Assembly: GCA_963716175.1 (NCBI GenBank)
Contig: OY970296.1
Location: forward strand, 1,120,001-1,184,000
Direction of reading: 5' to 3'
DNA from: an uncultured Armatimonadetes bacterium
GTDB lineage: Bacteria > Armatimonadota > Hebobacteria > Hebobacterales > Hebobacteraceae
Length of the DNA: 64,000 nucleotides
A program made the position numbers and the translations under genes. Below are positions 47,127 through 57,334 of the stretch, one piece after another. Position 1 is the stretch's first letter. Every line of letters begins with the position of its first letter. The notes beneath the pieces were generated by a model, which did no database searches, had not been told where the DNA came from, and saw only the letters and a list, made by a program, of their open reading frames with translations.

Positions 47127-49502
47127 CTAGAGAGCCGCCGCCCTGGTTCGGTCCCCGCGGAGAGCGCGACGGATCTGCTGGAGGTGCTGGTAGGCCTCGC
47201 GCGCGCGATCATCGCTCAATGGCGCGGGGCCATAGCGCGCGAGCAGGAAGAGATCGGTGAGGGAGGCGATGGCGGGAAGGGCCGCCGCGAGCGTGTCTGG
47301 CCGCGAGCGTGCCTGGCGGAGGTGGCCGAGCCTGCTCCACCGCGGCGGGCGTAGCAACGCCCGCCCTACGGCGGCCGGGGCCGGCAGTTCCGTCCTCGGC
47401 TGGCCCAACACGGCCAGGAACTCGAGCGGAGTCTGTGAGGGCCGGCGAAGCTGGCCGGCTCGGCGCAGCAGCGCCAGAAGCTGGGAGTAGGTCCGCACCA
47501 CCGCGGCGCTGGCGTCGGCCGGCGGGGCCGCCCTCCCGGGGAGCCGGAGGCGAATCCGGCGCGCCCAGACCCTCACCAGGAAGACCAGAGCCAACGCGCC
47601 CGCGGCCACCAGCAGTGACAGTAGCGGATGATCCTGCCAGAAGAAGCGAGCGTGCAGCAGCGAGCGCCGGAGAGGTGGGACCGGCGACTCCTTTCCCGCC
47701 GGGGTGGCATCCGCGGTCACCCAACCCCAGGGCTGGAGGTAAGCCTCCACCCAGATGTGGGCATCGGACTCCCGCAGCTGGTAGGCGGCGGCAGACGGAG
47801 GAGGGGGCGAGAGCAGCGGCAATGCCGCGGGCGCGGCCGCTCCCCAACCTAGTCTGCCGACCATGCGCCCAGCGGGGCGAGGCCCGGCCGCCTCCGCCGA
47901 GATGGGAGCGCCATAGGCGTATCCCTCCACCAGGCGAGCGGGGATGCCCACGGCGCGGGCCATGACGGCGAGGGAGCTGGCGAAGAGATCGCAGTACCCG
48001 CGCTGGCTGTCGAAGAGGAAGTAATCGGTGGCATCCTCTCCGTGCGGAGTGGCAGGAGCCTTCAGGGTGTAAACACAGTGCTGCTGAAGATAAGCGATGA
48101 GGGTGGCGAGCTTGCGCTCGGCGGTGGGCTCGCGGCCGGCCACCTCTCGCGCCAGGTCGGCGACGCGCCGGGCGCTGAACGGGACGCGCAGATAGGGGTC
48201 TGGCGGAGGAGGAGAGCTGGCCTCCCCATCCCGGCGGCGCCCCTGGATTTCCAGCGGCGCGGAGAGGACCTGGTAGTAGTCGCCCGGCCGCCAGTCGGCT
48301 TCGGCGGCCTGGACCGAGCCATCACGATCAACCTGAACTCGTCGCGGGGCGACCCCGAAGGCCCTCAGGCGCTGGATCTGGCCAGGGCTGTAGAAGACCA
48401 GAGGCTGGCTGATGTCCAGGCGAACCAGATGAGTCTGGAGGCGGGCCCCGGGCTGCGCGGGAAAGCTTCGCGTGAGGTCCAATACCGGGCCGCCGGGCCC
48501 GCGGATGACGCGCGGCGGGCGGGGAGTAGGGCCCGCGAGGGGGGGGATGCCTGATAGCTCTGGGCTGCCGCCGGGGCTCTGGGACTCGGCCGCCTGGGGG
48601 CCCAGCCAGGCGTGCCCGGTGTAGTAATCGTAGACCTGCCCGCGCCAGAGCGGGAGATACTCTCCCCAGACCGTCAACTCCGGTATCTCCTGCGGCGAGA
48701 CGGGCCCCCGGCCCACAGGCAGGATGGCGGAGGTCCGTTCCCGCCCCATCTGCGGCGAGGCCATCCGACCGGGCACGACACCACCCGCGACCCGGGCCAG
48801 CAGCGGCCACCGGTACTTGGCGCAGTAGAAGGAGATGGGGAAGAAGAGCAGATAGCCCAGCACCGCGCTGACCAAGATGGCCGCGCCCAGGGCCGTCCAG
48901 TGGCGGGTGCGCCAGCCGCCCAGTCGCCAGCGGGAGTCGCTGATCCCACCCGCGGCGGCCATCCCCGACAGCAGCATGCCGTGACCCATGGCCACCAGAG
49001 CCGCCGGCAAGAAGATGGCAAAGCAGGCGCCAACCACCCCCTCAGGCCCCTGCCCTCCCACCAGGCCGAAGATGGCCAGGGCGGGCACCAGGGAGAAAGC
49101 GACCACCTCGTACTTGCCGAGGAGAAAGCTGAGCACCACTGGCAGGATGGCCATGCGCAGGCCCAGCATCAAGCCGACCTCGGCCGCGGCAAATGAGAGT
49201 TCACTGCCCTCCAGGGCGAGTTCTCGCTCGATCAGCCAGTAAAGGGCGAGGCCGGCGGTGAGGCCCAGCGCACCGCCCGCCAGCAGCCCAGGCCAGTGCA
49301 GTTCCCGCAGGCGCCAGCTCACGATGACGCCCGCGGTCACCAGGGAAACGCCGGCCAGGGCGATGGGCCAGCTCCCCGCGCCCACTCCTGCGGCCAGCTC
49401 CGCCGCGCTCAGGGCGATGGCGATGGCGAGGTAGAGCATGGCCTCATCGAAGGCGGTGATGCGGTCTGCGCGAGTTCCCGATCTCAAGCTAATCGCTGGC
49501 AA
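47127..49502 (-). CDS. Transglutaminase-like membrane protein (TgpA type, DUF4129-like C-terminus)
   Basis: N-terminal TM helices, GYCDLFAS, GIPARLVEGY, HIWVEAY..GWV.DATP, SQTPLEF, ARYG. Confidence 0.9.
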   Translation of the reverse strand: MPAISLRSGTRADRITAFDEAMLYLAIAIALSAAELAAGVGAGSWPIALAGVSLVTAGVIVSWRLRELHWPGLLAGGALGLTAGLALYWLIERELALEGSELSFAAAEVGLMLGLRMAILPVVLSFLLGKYEVVAFSLVPALAIFGLVGGQGPEGVVGACFAIFLPAALVAMGHGMLLSGMAAAGGISDSRWRLGGWRTRHWTALGAAILVSAVLGYLLFFPISFYCAKYRWPLLARVAGGVVPGRMASPQMGRERTSAILPVGRGPVSPQEIPELTVWGEYLPLWRGQVYDYYTGHAWLGPQAAESQSPGGSPELSGIPPLAGPTPRPPRVIRGPGGPVLDLTRSFPAQPGARLQTHLVRLDISQPLVFYSPGQIQRLRAFGVAPRRVQVDRDGSVQAAEADWRPGDYYQVLSAPLEIQGRRRDGEASSPPPPDPYLRVPFSARRVADLAREVAGREPTAERKLATLIAYLQQHCVYTLKAPATPHGEDATDYFLFDSQRGYCDLFASSLAVMARAVGIPARLVEGYAYGAPISAEAAGPRPAGRMVGRLGWGAAAPAALPLLSPPPPSAAAYQLRESDAHIWVEAYLQPWGWVTADATPAGKESPVPPLRRSLLHARFFWQDHPLLSLLVAAGALALVFLVRVWARRIRLRLPGRAAPPADASAAVVRTYSQLLALLRRAGQLRRPSQTPLEFLAVLGQPRTELPAPAAVGRALLRPPRWSRLGHLRQARSRPDTLAAALPAIASLTDLFLLARYGPAPLSDDRAREAYQHLQQIRRALRGDRTRAAAL

Positions 49503-50718
49503 GGAGCGCGCCTCGCAATGCCTCTTGCAGATCCTCGCCCCGCCTGATGGAGGCGGTGCGGGCGCCGGCCGCCTCCAGGGCGGCGGCCATGGTGGGCCGG
49601 GGAGCCCGGGGGTCGAAGCTGATGGCGTCGAGCAACACCGCGGCCACTTGGATCCGCAGCTCTCTCAGCAGCGCCACCACCCCGGAAAGGGCCGGGTCCG
49701 GCGCCGCGGTCACCACGCAGACCGCCGCTCCTGGCAGCAGGCGTCGGCCCGCCAGCTCCAAGGCCTCGGAGATGGGCATGACGCCATCGGCCTGCACCCG
49801 GGCGAGCAGCTCCAGGGCCTCGTACTCCTGATCCGATCGCTCCAGCTCCAACCAGTGAAAGCCCCCGGCGCTGTCGCAGGCGAGGATCGAGTGGCCCTGG
49901 CTCTGGAGCGTCCAGCGCACCAGGGAGGCGGCCACGCGCACGCCCACCTCCAGGGTGGTGTCGGCGCCAACGCCGAACTCGGTGCCGGCCCTGGTGTCCA
50001 GCAGCACCGCGAGGCTGCGGGAGGCGCCGCGCTCGAACTCGATCACGGTGAGCTGGTTGTGGTGGGCGGTGGCAGGCCAATGGATGCGCCGCAGCTCATC
50101 CCCGGGCTGATAGTCGCGAATCCCGTAGAAGTCCAACCCCGAATCCGAGGCGTGAGCGCGCTCTCCCGTGGAGATCCCCACGCCGGAAGCGGTCTCGGCC
50201 ATCTCGCCCGGGTTGAGGAGCACGGGCCGGGGATAGACGACGGCTTCCCCCATGGCCGGAAGACGCACGAAACGCTGGAAGATGCCGAATGGGTCGGAGA
50301 CAGAGACGCGGAGCGGCCCCAGGGGATAGACGCCGCGCTTGAGCCCGCGCGCCTGGTAGGAGAGCCTCACCCGCTCTCCCGGCCAGAGTGCGGGCAGGAC
50401 GAACTCGGGCACATGATCCGGGCGCAGGAACTCGGGAAGGGAGTCTATCACGGTGAGCAGGAAGCGCGGGAAGCGGCCGCGGTTGGTGAGCTCAGTGGCG
50501 ATGGTCAGGGGTTCGTGCTCGAAGACGCGATCGGCCGTCTGCCGGCGCCACTCCAGGGCGGAGGCGGAGAGGCGGGAGGTGGTATAGCTCACCAGCGCCA
50601 CCGCGAGCAAGGCGCCGACCATGAACTGCACTACTATGGCGTTGTAGACTAGCCCCACCAACGCCATGCCGGCGGCGCAGGTCAGCAGTGTGAGCAACTG
50701 GAAACTCATCGCCGTCAC
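49489..50718 (-). CDS. DUF58 domain protein
   Basis: RGVYPLGP...SDPFG, DFYGIRDYQPGDELRRIHWPATA. Confidence 0.92.
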   Translation of the reverse strand: MTAMSFQLLTLLTCAAGMALVGLVYNAIVVQFMVGALLAVALVSYTTSRLSASALEWRRQTADRVFEHEPLTIATELTNRGRFPRFLLTVIDSLPEFLRPDHVPEFVLPALWPGERVRLSYQARGLKRGVYPLGPLRVSVSDPFGIFQRFVRLPAMGEAVVYPRPVLLNPGEMAETASGVGISTGERAHASDSGLDFYGIRDYQPGDELRRIHWPATAHHNQLTVIEFERGASRSLAVLLDTRAGTEFGVGADTTLEVGVRVAASLVRWTLQSQGHSILACDSAGGFHWLELERSDQEYEALELLARVQADGVMPISEALELAGRRLLPGAAVCVVTAAPDPALSGVVALLRELRIQVAAVLLDAISFDPRAPRPTMAAALEAAGARTASIRRGEDLQEALRGALLASD

Positions 50719-50811
50719 TCGGGCCGGATCACACGGGCAGGTCAGGTGGCTAGGCCTGCTCCGCAGGCCGCCACCCCGGCCGCCGCAAGCGGCCTAGGGG
50801 GACCTACCCTA

Positions 50812-52125
50812 CTACTTGCGGAGGCGGGCGGGCACGCGGTCGCAGCGCACCAAGTCGGCCAGGCTCTCTCGCCGCACGATGAGGTGGGCCCGTCCGCCCG
50901 AGACCAGCGCCACCGCCGGCCGGGGCAGGCGGTTGTAATTGCTGGCCATAGAGTAATTGTACGCCCCCGTGGTCTGAACTGCCAAGATGTCCCCGGGGGC
51001 AATGTCGGGTGTCTGCAACTCTGCAATCAGAGTATCTGTCTCGCAGTGCTTGCCCGACACCGTCACCGTCTGGGTGAGCGGCCGGTTCGCCTTGTTCGCC
51101 ACGATCGCGCTGTACTTGGCATCATAGAGCGCGGGCCGCGGGTTGTCCGAGAGGCCTCCGTCCACGGACACATAAGTGCGCACCCCCGGGATGTGCTTGA
51201 CCACGCCAATGGTGTAGAGGGTGGTGCCGGCCTCTCCCACCAACCTCCGCCCGGGCTCCTGGATGAGGCGCGGCAGGGGTAAGGCCAGCTTCTCACAGCG
51301 GGCACGCACGGTGCTGGTCACCGCCTCCGCGAAATCATCGATCGATGGCGGCTGATCCCCGGGCCGGTAGCGCACGCCCATGCCCCCACCCAGGTCGAGA
51401 TCCTCGAGCACCACCCCGAACGTGTCTCGCACCTCCCCCGCGAACTCCAGCATCATCTCGGCCGCCTGGCGGAATGGCTCCAGGTCGAGGATCTGAGAGC
51501 CGATGTGGCAGTTGATGCCGCGCAGGCGCAGATTCGGCGCCTTCAGCGCCTTGGCCACCGCTTCCGTTGCCGCCCCACCCGCGATGCTGAACCCGAACTT
51601 GGTGTCCAGCTTGCCGGTCTGGATGCGGGTGTGGGTATTGGCCGTCACCCCCGGAGACACTCGCACCAAGACATCAACGGTGGCGTCGCGTTCCCGCGCC
51701 ACCTCTTGCAGGGCAGCAATCTCCTCCAGGTTGTCCACCCCCACTCGGCCCACCCGGCTCGCCACCGCCATCTCCAGCTCTGCCCGCGACTTGTTGCTGC
51801 CATGCATCAAGATGCGCTCCGATGGGAAGCCCGACTTGAGGCCGGTGTGGAGCTCGCCCCCGGAGGACACGTCCAGGCCCAGGCCCTCCTGCTCGACGAT
51901 GCGGCAGACTCCCATGGTCATGAAGGCCTTGCCGGAGAAGGAGATATGCACTTTCGGGTAGCGCGACTCGAAGGCGCGGCGGTAGTCGCGGCAGCTCTGA
52001 CGCAGGCAGTCTTCATCCAGCACGTACAGCGGGGTGCCGAAGCGCCGCGCCAGCTTGACGGCGTCGCAGCCGCCGATCTCGAGCGCGCCCTGGCCATTGA
52101 TCCGCTGCGTCCCCAACAGCATCAT
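50812..52125 (-). CDS. lysA: Diaminopimelate decarboxylase
   Basis: GTPLYV, FSGKA (PLP Lys), DVSSGGE, TKFG, HIGSQI, EPGR, HCETD, GAYNYSMASNYN. Confidence 0.97.
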   Translation of the reverse strand: MMLLGTQRINGQGALEIGGCDAVKLARRFGTPLYVLDEDCLRQSCRDYRRAFESRYPKVHISFSGKAFMTMGVCRIVEQEGLGLDVSSGGELHTGLKSGFPSERILMHGSNKSRAELEMAVASRVGRVGVDNLEEIAALQEVARERDATVDVLVRVSPGVTANTHTRIQTGKLDTKFGFSIAGGAATEAVAKALKAPNLRLRGINCHIGSQILDLEPFRQAAEMMLEFAGEVRDTFGVVLEDLDLGGGMGVRYRPGDQPPSIDDFAEAVTSTVRARCEKLALPLPRLIQEPGRRLVGEAGTTLYTIGVVKHIPGVRTYVSVDGGLSDNPRPALYDAKYSAIVANKANRPLTQTVTVSGKHCETDTLIAELQTPDIAPGDILAVQTTGAYNYSMASNYNRLPRPAVALVSGGRAHLIVRRESLADLVRCDRVPARLRK

Positions 52126-52172
52126 CTTCGCCTCCTGTCACGGGCAGGCCGCGGGCCTGCCCTACGAACGGA

Positions 52173-52206
52173 CAGCGCCAGACACCTGGTTCAGGGTCTG
52201 GCGCCG
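52173..52206 (-). terminator. Putative attenuator hairpin in lysA leader
   Basis: mRNA CGGCGCCAGAC-CCUG...CAGG-UGUCUGGCGCUG followed by a weak UCCGUUCGU tail. Confidence 0.5.
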
Positions 52207-52232
52207 TGGTTCCCGTCAACTGTCGGAGATCG

Positions 52233-52313
52233 TCAACTGGACGCGAGCACACGAACGCCAGCCAGGCGCTTGGCCTTGGTAGTCATCATGCCCTGGTCCA
52301 CGATGGCGGTCAT
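52233..52313 (-). CDS. Putative lysA leader peptide MTAIVDQGMMTTKAKRLAGVRVLASS
   Basis: 26-aa ORF between promoter and lysA, ACAGGA RBS, two AAG codons. Confidence 0.55.
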   Translation of the reverse strand: MTAIVDQGMMTTKAKRLAGVRVLASS

Positions 52314-52336
52314 GCGATCTCAGTCCTGTCACGCAC

Positions 52337-52365
52337 ATGATAGCCGGTGGCGGCGGAGAAGTCAA
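52337..52365 (-). promoter_or_regulatory. sigma70 promoter of lysA leader
   Basis: TTGACT-N17-TATCAT on the minus strand. Confidence 0.75.
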
Positions 52366-52372
52366 TGCTGGC

Positions 52373-53027
52373 TCACCGGCCACTCAGGTCCGGCCTCAGG
52401 AGCCTGGTCAGGGTCTCGATTTCTGCGGGCTCGCCATCCAGCACCACCGCGCGGCAGGGGGCGGTGCAAACACGCTCGATCAGCAGCGGGAGCACGACGA
52501 GAAAGACTCGCGAATGGATGATCTGCTCGATATGCTGCACCTCCGCGAGGATGGGGATGTCGGCCCGGAATAGCTGGACAAAGATGCCGGTGGGGTTGGT
52601 GAAACCGGTGTCGTAGCGCGGCAGGGTGGCGGCGAGCAGAGACAGCTTGCTCTCAGCCATCCAGGCGCCGCAGCTTCGCGCAAAGTGACGGTCGCTTCTG
52701 CCGCCGGTGTCCACGATCAGCGCCTCCCCAGGGCGGGCCGCTTCGGCGAGGGCGTCGGTCAGCTCGTCCTCATGGATCGCCCCTCCCCGCGCGGTCGAGC
52801 CGCGCGATCGAGGCTGGCAGGAAGAGCTGCTGCACCGGTACATCGCAGGTCATGGTGCCCCCGCGGAAGAGGTGGGCGGAAGCCTCGTAGTAGCAGCCCT
52901 GGTGGGAGCGGAACTCGAACCGGTACTCCTCGCAGAGGTGACCTTCGTAGCTGGGAAGCTGGGCCGGCACCTCGCAGGTGATCTGCTCGCCCGCCCGCAG
53001 CGGCTTGGAGATGTCTATCATGCGCAT
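52373..53027 (-). CDS. Cyclase-family (kynurenine formamidase-like) protein with degenerate motif; frameshift near 52785
   Basis: MIDISKPL start, SHQGCYYEASAH in place of HxGTHxDxPxH, LPLLI...APCRAV end. Confidence 0.7.
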
Positions 53028-53040
53028 GGTGAGCGCTGCC

Positions 53041-54519
53041 TCAACTGGAGTCCATCAACCTCCAGAAGCCTTCCACGAGTTCCCGAAAGCCGGGCCCGCC
53101 GGGGCCGGTGGCCACCACCACTCGCCCCGAGAAGGACCGGCACCGGAAGATGGAGAGCAGCTCCTTCACCTCGCCATGGCCCCGGCCCGGCAGCGTGTAC
53201 TCACCTCCGAAAGTGGCGTCGGAGAGATAGAGCAGGCCGACATATCGCCGGAACGGGCCGTGGTTGATGATGTCCAGGAAGGGCTTCTCCCCCACCAGCG
53301 CGAAGGCCGCGGGGTTGAAGGCGACCATCGGGCACGCCGGCGCGCTCGCCAGCAACTGGAGACACAGGGCCGAGGGAAAGGAGGTGTTCTCGAAGAGCAT
53401 CTCCAGCCCGCGCTGGGCCGCGGCCTCCAGGAAGGGGATGGGGTCCGGTGGGAAGGCCGCGATGGCGGCCTTGGCGCCGGCGGCCGCCACCAGGTCGAGG
53501 CTGTGATCGAGAGCCGAAAGGTCTGCGGGAACGTGGACGGCCCCGACCGCTAGGCCCTCGCTGGCGAAGGTGGCCACGGCCCGTGTCAGCCGCGCTTCGC
53601 GGACCGCCCACACGGGCTGTCCGTAGAGCCGGTCCAAGACCAGATCGTAGATGCCGGCGCGGTTCAGCTCGTAGGCGATCTCGTCGGGATAGGAGGAAAC
53701 GGAGGAGGCGAGGGCGCTGAGTCTGAAGGCCTCTTGCTGCAGCCTGGCGAGACGGATCTTCCGGCGCTGCATCACACAGGCATCGCAGTTCGGGTTGTCG
53801 CAGAGCACCAGCGCGGGATCATCCCGGAACGCCGCCAGCATCACATCGTGCATCTTCCTGGCATCCACCAGGCGCGACCTCGCGCGGCCCACCTTGCCGA
53901 CTCCCTCGACTCCCTCCTTCTGGAACAGGGGGTCGAGGCCGATGAAGTCGCGGTGGGGGCCAGGCTGAAGGGTAAGCTTGATGGTCTGCACCTTGCCCTC
54001 GGCATCGTAGTAGCTGGCCTCGACGTCGCTGAGGTAAGGCGCCTGGGCATACGCCTCCAGGGTGTGCATGGTGGTGCTGCGGTCGTGGTCAACCCCGAGG
54101 AGCAGGATCTTCCCACCCAGCGTGATCAAGCGGCCGAACGGAGTATCGCGGCCGCAGGCCGTGGGACTCTTCAGGTGGTCCGCGACCAAGTCCGCCGCCC
54201 GCGCTCCCAGTGCCGTCACGGGATGAGTGGGATGGAAGCCGTGGACCACATCGGGGCGCTGGCGGAAGGTCTCAGGGATCACCCCCACCACCGAGGGGAG
54301 ATCCGGGTCATAGGGCCGCGACCAGTTGAAGGCCGGCATCACCAGCGTCCCGGCGCGGGTCAACACTTCGAGCAGGGCCTCGATCACCGCAGCCGCTCCT
54401 CCCTCCACCCGGCCGATGCTCGAGAGCGAGCTGTGCACCAGCACGATGTCCCCCGTCTCCAGTCCCAGCTTCCTTAAGTCTGCCACGATCTGAGCTTTGG
54501 TCACCACCTGCTCCGCCAT
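53041..54519 (-). CDS. AAC(3)-family N-acetyltransferase fused to sugar-phosphate isomerase-like TIM barrel
   Basis: LVHSSLSSIG, GTLVMP, HPTHP, ILLLGV...TTMH; C-terminal FEN, FNPA, PGRGHGEVKELLS. Confidence 0.85.
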   Translation of the reverse strand: MAEQVVTKAQIVADLRKLGLETGDIVLVHSSLSSIGRVEGGAAAVIEALLEVLTRAGTLVMPAFNWSRPYDPDLPSVVGVIPETFRQRPDVVHGFHPTHPVTALGARAADLVADHLKSPTACGRDTPFGRLITLGGKILLLGVDHDRSTTMHTLEAYAQAPYLSDVEASYYDAEGKVQTIKLTLQPGPHRDFIGLDPLFQKEGVEGVGKVGRARSRLVDARKMHDVMLAAFRDDPALVLCDNPNCDACVMQRRKIRLARLQQEAFRLSALASSVSSYPDEIAYELNRAGIYDLVLDRLYGQPVWAVREARLTRAVATFASEGLAVGAVHVPADLSALDHSLDLVAAAGAKAAIAAFPPDPIPFLEAAAQRGLEMLFENTSFPSALCLQLLASAPACPMVAFNPAAFALVGEKPFLDIINHGPFRRYVGLLYLSDATFGGEYTLPGRGHGEVKELLSIFRCRSFSGRVVVATGPGGPGFRELVEGFWRLMDSS

Positions 54520-54650
54520 GCTCGCGCTCCCGGGCCCGACTCACCACAAGACGAAGGCCCAGGAGTAGATTCCGGGTCGGCAGAGGTGCAACCTCCTGGG
54601 GGCTGCTGCCAGCAGGGACTGGCCGGCAGGCGAGGAATCTGTTCCTTGCC

Positions 54651-57194
54651 ATGGCGGCAAGGGCAGGGGGCGTCTGCTGGATCGGGCTGTTCTGCGCCGT
54701 CTCGCTTCCGTTCGCGGCTCATGCTGCACTCGCTGCACAGGTGGGCCGAGGGCAGGACCACGCGCCGGGCCAGGTGCTGGTGCGGCTGCGGGAGCGGCTC
54801 TCTGATGAAGCGCGCCGGAGAGTGTGGGCCGCGCATGGCCTGAATCACATCGTCTCCCTTCCCGCTCTGGGCGTTGACCTGCTGGCCTCCCCGAACCGCC
54901 CCTCCGATGGAGTGCCGGCCGAGCTGGCGGCCTCGTCAGCGGTGGAGTGGGCGGAGCCGAACTACCTCTGCCGGCCCGCGCTGGCGGAGCCGAACGATCC
55001 TGCTTACCACGAGATGATCGCAGGCCGGTGGGTGCAGTGGCCGGCGCATCAGCTAGACATGATGGCGGCCTGGGACAGTTACCCCGCGGACTACCTCACC
55101 GCCTCCAACCGGCCCCAGACGGGGCCGATAGTGGCAATCGTAGACACCGGGGTGGACCCTGGTCATCCCGATTTCATGAACGTGGGCGCGACCGGAACCG
55201 ATGTGGCGCAGGGAGGACAGCTCTTGCTCTCACAGGCCTGCACCTTCCTCTCCGGCCAAAGCAACGACCTGGCGCCGGAGGCCACCGATGAGCATGGACA
55301 CGGGACTTATCTCGCCGGGCTGGTCGCGGCGGCCGCGAACAACGGCATCACCGCCGGCGATGGCATTGCGGGGATCGCCTACACCGCGCGGCTGCTTCCC
55401 CTCAAGGTGGCGCGGGCGAATGGGGTGGCCATGCATGCGGACGTGGCGCGCGCGATCATATACGCCGCGGATCAGGGCGCGATGGTGATCCTGATCGGGA
55501 TGGAAGCTGAGACCTGGTCGCAGACCTTGCAGTCGGCCGTGGATTACGCCTGGAATCGCGGCTGCTTCCTGGCGGCGCCGGCCGGAAACACCAGCGACAG
55601 CACGCCCATCTTCCCCGCGAGCTGCCCGCATGTGTTCGGGGTAGCGGCGGCCACCGCCGATGGTCGAGTGGCCGCTTACTCGACCCGCGGGCGGGCGGCA
55701 CTGGCGGGCCCTGGCGGCGACGAGACGATCGGCATCTATTCGACGCTCCCGACCTATGCTTGCACGCTGCGGAGCGATCTCACCACCCCGGCCTACGGCT
55801 GGCTGATGGGCACCTCACAGGCGGCCGCGCATGTGGCCGGGGCGGCGGCGCTGCGTGCCGGCAGCGTCGGGCTGGCGCCGGCGACTGGGGACGAGGGCGG
55901 GCTGATCTGGCAGGCCCTGCAGCAGAGCGCGACCGCACTGACAGACACCGCCCTCGGAGGCTGGGAGGAGACCGCGGGCTACGGGCTGCTGGCGCCGGCA
56001 ACTCTGCTCACCGGCGAGGGCCGCCGCGCGGCGAGTGTGGGCGGGATCGTAGGGCGGGTGTTGTCGGCAGGGAGCCCGGTGATCGGAGCGCCCGTGACGG
56101 CCACTCCGGAAGGGCCCGGGCAGCCGGTCACGGTGACCACGGAGTGGCCGGCCGGGGGATACCGTATGGCAAATGCGGCGCCCGGACGCTATCAGGTGAC
56201 GGCGGAGGCCGGAGGGAATACGGGGGTGTGGGAACGGGCGAACGTGCGGGCCGGCTGCGATGCCCCGGGGGTGGATTTCAGGCTGGGCAGCCTCTCCTCA
56301 GACGCGGCCTTGCTGGAGGCTGAGATACCCACGGCCGCGCGGTGCGCAAGCCAGATGCCGATGCGTGTCAGCTTCGCCAACACCGGGGCTTCCACCTGGA
56401 CCCGGAGCCAAGGCTACCAACTGGTGCAGGTGGCGAGCGATCATCCTCTGTGCGAGGACCCCGATCACGTGAACCTGTCGCCGGCGGTGGAGGTGGCCCC
56501 AGGGGCGTCAGCCGCCTTCGACTCCGACCTGCCGACGCCCGGGGCCTGGGGCTTCTACACCACAGCCTGGCGCCTGTCCCAGCAGGGCGGGGTGGGGTGG
56601 TTCGGACCGGTGGTGAGCGGGACCATCAGTGTGACTTCTTTCCTGGACATCGCGGCGGATCACTGGGCGGTGGCGGCGATCGAAGCCGCGCACCAGGCCG
56701 GGGTGGTGCAGGGCTATGGGGGGGATCTCTATCATCCAGAGTGGCCGGTGTCGCGGGATCAGATGGCGGTCTACATCTCGCGCGCGCTGGCGGGAGGCGA
56801 TGCCCACGTGCCGGCCGGCCCTGCGGCCGCGAGCTTCACGGACGTGCCCAGCGAGCACTGGGCGTACCGGTATGTGGAGTACGCCGTGGGCCACGGCGTG
56901 GTCGAGGGCTATGACTCCACACACTACCGCCCGGAGCTGGTGGTGGATCGGGGCCAGATGGCTGTGTTCGTGGCTCGGGCCCAGGCCTGGGTGAAGATCG
57001 GCGATGACATGACCACCGCCCCCGAACTCTTCTCTGATGTGCCGGCTGGTTTCTGGGCGGGCACGGCGATCAAAGCCTGTGTGGACCACGCGGTGGTCCA
57101 GGGCTACCTGGACGGCCTCTACCATCCCGGTGACACGGTGACCCGAGACCAGATGGCGGTGTACGTGGCGAGGGCCTTTGAGCTGGCGATGTAG
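54651..57194 (+). CDS. S8 subtilase with Ig-like domains and SLH repeats
   Basis: Signal peptide, AEPNY propeptide end, triad motifs VAIVDTG / HGHGT / GTSQAA, three SLH repeats. Confidence 0.92.
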   Translation: MAARAGGVCWIGLFCAVSLPFAAHAALAAQVGRGQDHAPGQVLVRLRERLSDEARRRVWAAHGLNHIVSLPALGVDLLASPNRPSDGVPAELAASSAVEWAEPNYLCRPALAEPNDPAYHEMIAGRWVQWPAHQLDMMAAWDSYPADYLTASNRPQTGPIVAIVDTGVDPGHPDFMNVGATGTDVAQGGQLLLSQACTFLSGQSNDLAPEATDEHGHGTYLAGLVAAAANNGITAGDGIAGIAYTARLLPLKVARANGVAMHADVARAIIYAADQGAMVILIGMEAETWSQTLQSAVDYAWNRGCFLAAPAGNTSDSTPIFPASCPHVFGVAAATADGRVAAYSTRGRAALAGPGGDETIGIYSTLPTYACTLRSDLTTPAYGWLMGTSQAAAHVAGAAALRAGSVGLAPATGDEGGLIWQALQQSATALTDTALGGWEETAGYGLLAPATLLTGEGRRAASVGGIVGRVLSAGSPVIGAPVTATPEGPGQPVTVTTEWPAGGYRMANAAPGRYQVTAEAGGNTGVWERANVRAGCDAPGVDFRLGSLSSDAALLEAEIPTAARCASQMPMRVSFANTGASTWTRSQGYQLVQVASDHPLCEDPDHVNLSPAVEVAPGASAAFDSDLPTPGAWGFYTTAWRLSQQGGVGWFGPVVSGTISVTSFLDIAADHWAVAAIEAAHQAGVVQGYGGDLYHPEWPVSRDQMAVYISRALAGGDAHVPAGPAAASFTDVPSEHWAYRYVEYAVGHGVVEGYDSTHYRPELVVDRGQMAVFVARAQAWVKIGDDMTTAPELFSDVPAGFWAGTAIKACVDHAVVQGYLDGLYHPGDTVTRDQMAVYVARAFELAM

Positions 57195-57334
57195 CGGAGA
57201 AGGGCACCAAGCGAACTCCTGCCCAAAGACCATCCTACCCCCGCCGCCGCGGAATGTGAAGGGGGCGGGATGATCGCAGAGCGCTCGGGGTAGGTTTGGT
57301 GCCGGGAGACCCGGCAATGTGTGCTGTGCCGGCG

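Noticed and set aside
47127-50718. DUF58 plus transglutaminase without MoxR as a novelty
   Set aside because: A common module; the MoxR ATPase may simply be encoded elsewhere in the genome.
52126-52330. Lysine riboswitch upstream of lysA
   Set aside because: Lacks the AGAGG(U)GC start and other L-box conserved blocks; a leader-peptide model fits better.
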